Source: Marsupella aquatica
Taxonomy: Eukaryota > Plantae > Marchantiophyta
DNA: 64,000 nucleotides
Assembly: GCA_973895155.1 (NCBI GenBank)
Contig: OZ316893.1
Span: forward strand, 16,832,645-16,896,644
Reading direction: 5' to 3'
Every line of letters starts with the position of its first letter. Positions within the stretch are counted from its first letter, which is position 1. Below, in pieces: positions 59,700-64,000 of the stretch. The position numbers and the translations under genes were made by a program. The notes beneath the pieces were generated by a model. That model ran no database searches. It saw only the letters and a list, made by a program, of their open reading frames with translations, and was not told where the DNA came from.

Positions 59700-62600
59700 T
59701 GACCTCCAATATGCCAACATTAATGGCTTCCAATATGACAGCGTGAGTGACCCCACGTTTAGTCCTCAGATTGAAGCACCATTTAATTCACAAATGACCC
59801 AATGAACTCCCTTGTACCTCCAAAGAGAACCCCCCAATAGCCTTTGTAAAGACCACATTTCCAGTCATTTGGTACTTCTGACCTCTAGTATGACAACCAA
59901 GATTACCCTAATTTGAGGTGTTTCCATTAATGACACACCATGAGGGACCTCTCTAATGACCACATATGCAGTCAATTGCTCCAAATGACCTCTAACTGAC
60001 TACCAAAATGACCCTTATTGTAGTCATTGACATTAATGACACACATTATGTGAAAATGACCCAATGAAGAGTATACTACCTCTCGGAGTGCCCCTTTACA
60101 ATTCCTTTGGAATTTAATAGAATATATCCAAAATCCAAATATTGGCACAAACATGACATAGTTATATAGAAGGACATAGTCTTCCACTAGTATTGCACTA
60201 TATACCTCTTGGAGAGACAAAAACAATTTTTGTATGCATGCCTTAGGATGGTATGCATGCATGGTGACACTTTTGGCAAATCACTCCAAAGTTGTATGAC
60301 TTGGGAGTGATTTCCCCAAGGTTGCATCATCCCTTAAGTAATTGCAAAAACATGGCTCCAAAGTGCTCATGGTGCAACTAGTGGTTGGAGAATAGTACGG
60401 TGGGTATAGTACCCCGCACCTTGTGGAGAGGTTGCCACCTTCATGTAGAGCCCCATGGCACACTAGGGCCACCTTAAGCTCCTAGACCCAAAAGGGTCAT
60501 TTCTGATGGTACGTAATGACACCATGAGGGACCTCTATAATGACCCCATATGGAGTCATTTGGCACAAATGACTTCCAAAAGGACTGCCAAAATGACCCT
60601 CACTGCAGTCTTTGGCATTAATGACACACTATTCCTCCAAAATGACCCAATGAAGATTACAACACCTACTCACAATGCCTTAAGTCTATTCATATGCAAA
60701 ATGGAGTATTCCCCATCCAAACACCGGCACAAACATGACACAATTACATCACAAGATGACAACCTTCCATTGGTGTTGCGCTACTTCTTGGAGAGACAAA
60801 AAATGGCTCCATTTGCGCTTGGATACGGTGGTATGCATCCATGGTGACACTTTTGGCAAATCACTCCAAAGTTGTATGACTTGGGAGTGATTTCCCCAAG
60901 GTGCATCATGCCTTAAGTAAATGCAAAAACATGTGTCCAAAGTGTTCATGGCACAACTAGTGGTTGGACGATGATGAGTATAGTGTCCCGCACCTAGTGG
61001 AGGGGGTTCTCACCTCTATGTGGGGCCCCATGGCACTCTAGGGCCCACCTCCAGCCCCTAGCCCCAAACTGGTCATTTGTGCTTCTGCTTAATGATTGCA
61101 CAAGGGACCCCTCAAATGACCACAAATCCAGTCATTTGACTTATGTGACAGCCCATATGACAGATTTAATGACCCTACTTGTAGTCATTGGTATTTATGA
61201 CACCAATTTTTTCAGAAATGACTCAATGAAGATTACACTACCTTCTTGAGTGCCCCATCACTATTCATTTGCAAAATAGAATATTCCCCATCCAAACACC
61301 GGCACAAACATGACACAATTACATGGAACGACAACAGCCTTGCACTACTTCTTGCAGAGACCAAAAAAATGGCTTCATTTCCTTTAGATAGGATGGTATG
61401 CATCAATGGTGACACTTTTGGCAAATCACTCCAAAGTCGTACGACTTGGGAGTGATTTCCCCAAGATTATATCATCCCTTAAGTAAACACAAAAACATGG
61501 CTCCAAACTGCTAATGGTGCAACTAGTGGTTGGAGAATAGTAATTATAGTATTTGACACCTAGTGGAGGGGTTGCGAGCTCTATGTGGTGCCACATGGCA
61601 CTCTAGGGCCCACCTCCAGCCCTTAGCTCCAAATTGGTCATTCATGCTTGTCTTCAATGACTGCACTAGAGACCCCTCAAATGACAACAAGTCCAGTCAT
61701 TTGAATTATATGACATCCCATATGACCAATTCAATGACCCTACTTGTGGTCATTGACACTTATGACATGACTCTGTTAAAAAATGACCCAAAGAAGGTCC
61801 TAGCACCGCCAGAGAGAGCCCGCTCTACATTCCTTGCAAAAATGGAATAATCGTATACCTTTAAACATCAGACACATCATAGAGGGAAGCACCACTACCA
61901 CACCCATTCCATTGGTGTTGCGCTACCTCTTGGAGAGACAAAAAAGGGCTTCATTTGCGTTTGGAATAGTGGTATGCATCCATGGTGACACTTTTGGCAA
62001 ATCACTCCAAAGTCATACGACTTGAGAGTGATTTCCCCAAAGGTGCATCATGCCTTAAGTAAACGCAAAAACATGTGTCCAAGGTGTTTATGTCGCAACT
62101 AGTGGTTGGACAATGATGAGTATAGTGTCCCGCACGCAATGGAGGGGTTCTCACCTCTATGTGGGGTCACATGGCACTCTAGGGCCCACCTCCAGCCCCT
62201 AGCCCCAAACTGGTCATTTGTGCTTTTCCTTAATGACTGCATAAGGGACCCCTCAAATGACCACAAATCCAGTCATTAGACTGATATGACTTTCCATATG
62301 ACAGTTTTAATGACCCTGCTTTTAGTCATTGATATTTATGACGGTCCATTGCTCACATATGACCCAATAAAGGCCCTGGTACCTCCAAAGAGAGCCCGCT
62401 TTAGATTCCTTGCAAGGTTGGAATATTCCTCTTCCCTAAACCCGCACCCACACCATACAGGGAAGCACGACTCCCCTGCCCATTCCATTGGTGCAGCACC
62501 ACCTCTTGGAGAACCCAAAAACAACTTTTATTTGCCTTTGTATGTGATGGTGTGCATGCATGGCAACACTTTTGGCAAATCACTCCAAAGTCGTACGACT

Positions 62601-64000
62601 TGGGAGTGATTTCCCCAAAGGTGCATCATGCCTTAAGGAAACACAAAAACTTGTGTCCAAAGTGTTTATGTCGCAACTAGTGGTTGGACAATGATGAGTA
62701 TAGTGTCCCGCACGCAATGGAGGGGTTCTCACCTCTATGTGGGGCCCATGGCACTCTAGGGCCCACCTCAAGCCCCTAGCCCCAAAATGGTCATTTGTGC
62801 TTTTCCTTAATGACTACATAAGGGACCCCTCAAATGACCACAAATCCAGTCATTAGACTGATATGACTCTCCATATGACAATTTTAATGACCCTACTTTT
62901 AGTCATTGGCATTTATGACGGGCCATTGCTCACATATGACCCAATAAAGGCCCTAGTACCTCCAAAGAGAGCCAGCTTTAGATTCCTTGCAAGGTTGGAA
63001 TATTCCTCTTCCCTAAATCTGCACCCACACCATACCCTAAAAGCATGACTCCCCTGCCCATTCCATTTGGGCAGCACTACCTCTTGGAGAACCCAAAAAC
63101 AACTTTTATTTGCCTTTGTATGTGATGGTGTGCATGCATGGCAACACTTTTGGAAAATCACTCCAAAGTCGTACGACTTGGGAGTGATTTCCCCAAAGGT
63201 GCATCATGCCTTAAGGAAACACAAAAACATGTGTCCAAAGTGTTTATGTCGCAACTAGTGGTTGGACAATGATGAGTATAGTGTCCCGCACCTCGTGGAG
63301 GGGTTCTCACCTCTATGTGGGGCCCCATGGCACTCTAGGGCGCACCTCCAGCCCCTAGCCCCAAACTGGTCATTTCTGCTTTTCCTTAATGACTGCATGA
63401 GGGACCCCTCAAATGACAATAATTCAGGTCATTCCACTTATATGACATCCAATGTGACCATTTTAATGACCTTTCTTGTAGTAATTGGCATTTATGACGG
63501 GCCATTGCTCACATATGACCCAATAAAGGCCCTAGTACCTCCAAAGAGAGCCAGCTTTAGATTCCTTGCAAGGTTGGAATATTCCCAAACCCTAATCCCG
63601 CAGCCACACCATGCTAAGAAGCACGACTCCCCTGCCCATTCCATTCGTGCAGCACTACCTCTTGGAGAACCAAAAAACAGGTTTTATTTGCCTTTGGATG
63701 TGATGGTATACATCCATGGTTGCACTTTTGGCAAATCACTCCAAAGTCGTACGACTTGGGAGTGATTTCCCCAAAGGTGCATCATGCCTTAAGGAAACAC
63801 AAAAACATGTGCCCAAAGTGTTTATGTCGCAACTAGTGGTTGGACAATGATGAGTATAGTGTCCCGCACCTAGTGGAGGGGTTCTCACCTCTATGTGGGG
63901 CCCATGGCACTCTAGGGCCCACCTCAAGCCCCTAGCCCCAAAATGGTCATTTGTGCTTTTCCTTAATGACTACATAAGGGACCCCTCAAATGACCACAAA
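59700..64000 (+). repeat. ~578-bp satellite-like tandem array, at least 7 copies, running off the window
   Basis: TTTTGG(C/A)AAATCACTCCAAAG at 60271, 60851, 61416, 61992, 62570, 63148 and 63726; ATGAC/GTCAT-rich. Confidence 0.95.

Larger units (their letters stand above)
46385..64000 (-). mobile_element. CACTA (En/Spm) DNA transposon; other end probably beyond the window
   Basis: CACTAGTAGAAAA TIR at 46385 interrupts Copia RNase H (expected TSD TAC); Tnp2 and TnpA-like genes; ATGAC-rich arrays on both sides. Extension to 64000 is inferred from the shared ATGAC motif. Confidence 0.8.

Noticed and set aside
60370-63880. CTAGTG sequences as the CACTA right TIR; ORFs within the satellite
   Set aside because: They recur in every 578-bp unit and lack TTTTCTA before and TAC after; the ORFs are repeat translations with stops at differing positions.

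Overview
Transposon-dense, intron-containing land-plant nuclear DNA (TTTAGGG telo-repeats, GT-AG introns; the transposon lineages suggest a non-seed plant such as a bryophyte, which is inference). The only clear host gene is an intronless TDP1 (39669-41825). Other contents: two diverged Mutator-like (MULE) elements with GCM-like Zn, DDE and SWIM transposases sharing an intron position (A, 1-~10094; B, ~26276-38953); nested LTR retrotransposons (a young RT-less Bianca-type Copia with 133-bp LTRs and an AAAAC TSD, a non-chromovirus Gypsy whose apparent 4.4-kb LTR holds a long ORF, other fragments); and a large CACTA element (46385 to beyond the window end) inserted in a Copia RNase H. Best candidate for an undescribed system: MULE-B carries a divergently transcribed, spliced gene with a ParB/Srx-like DGNH motif and a beta-class amino-methyltransferase-like fold, and its introns and intergenic spacers carry ten copies of an 18-bp palindrome (GCTAGC-N6-GCTAGC). 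MULE-A has a different dispersed palindrome (ATCTCRG-N9-YYGAGAT) and F-box-like cargo. The CACTA carries an EDM2/NSD-like PHD protein beginning with a histone-H3-like tail (MARNKQKA). All domain calls are by-eye motif recognition, not database searches.
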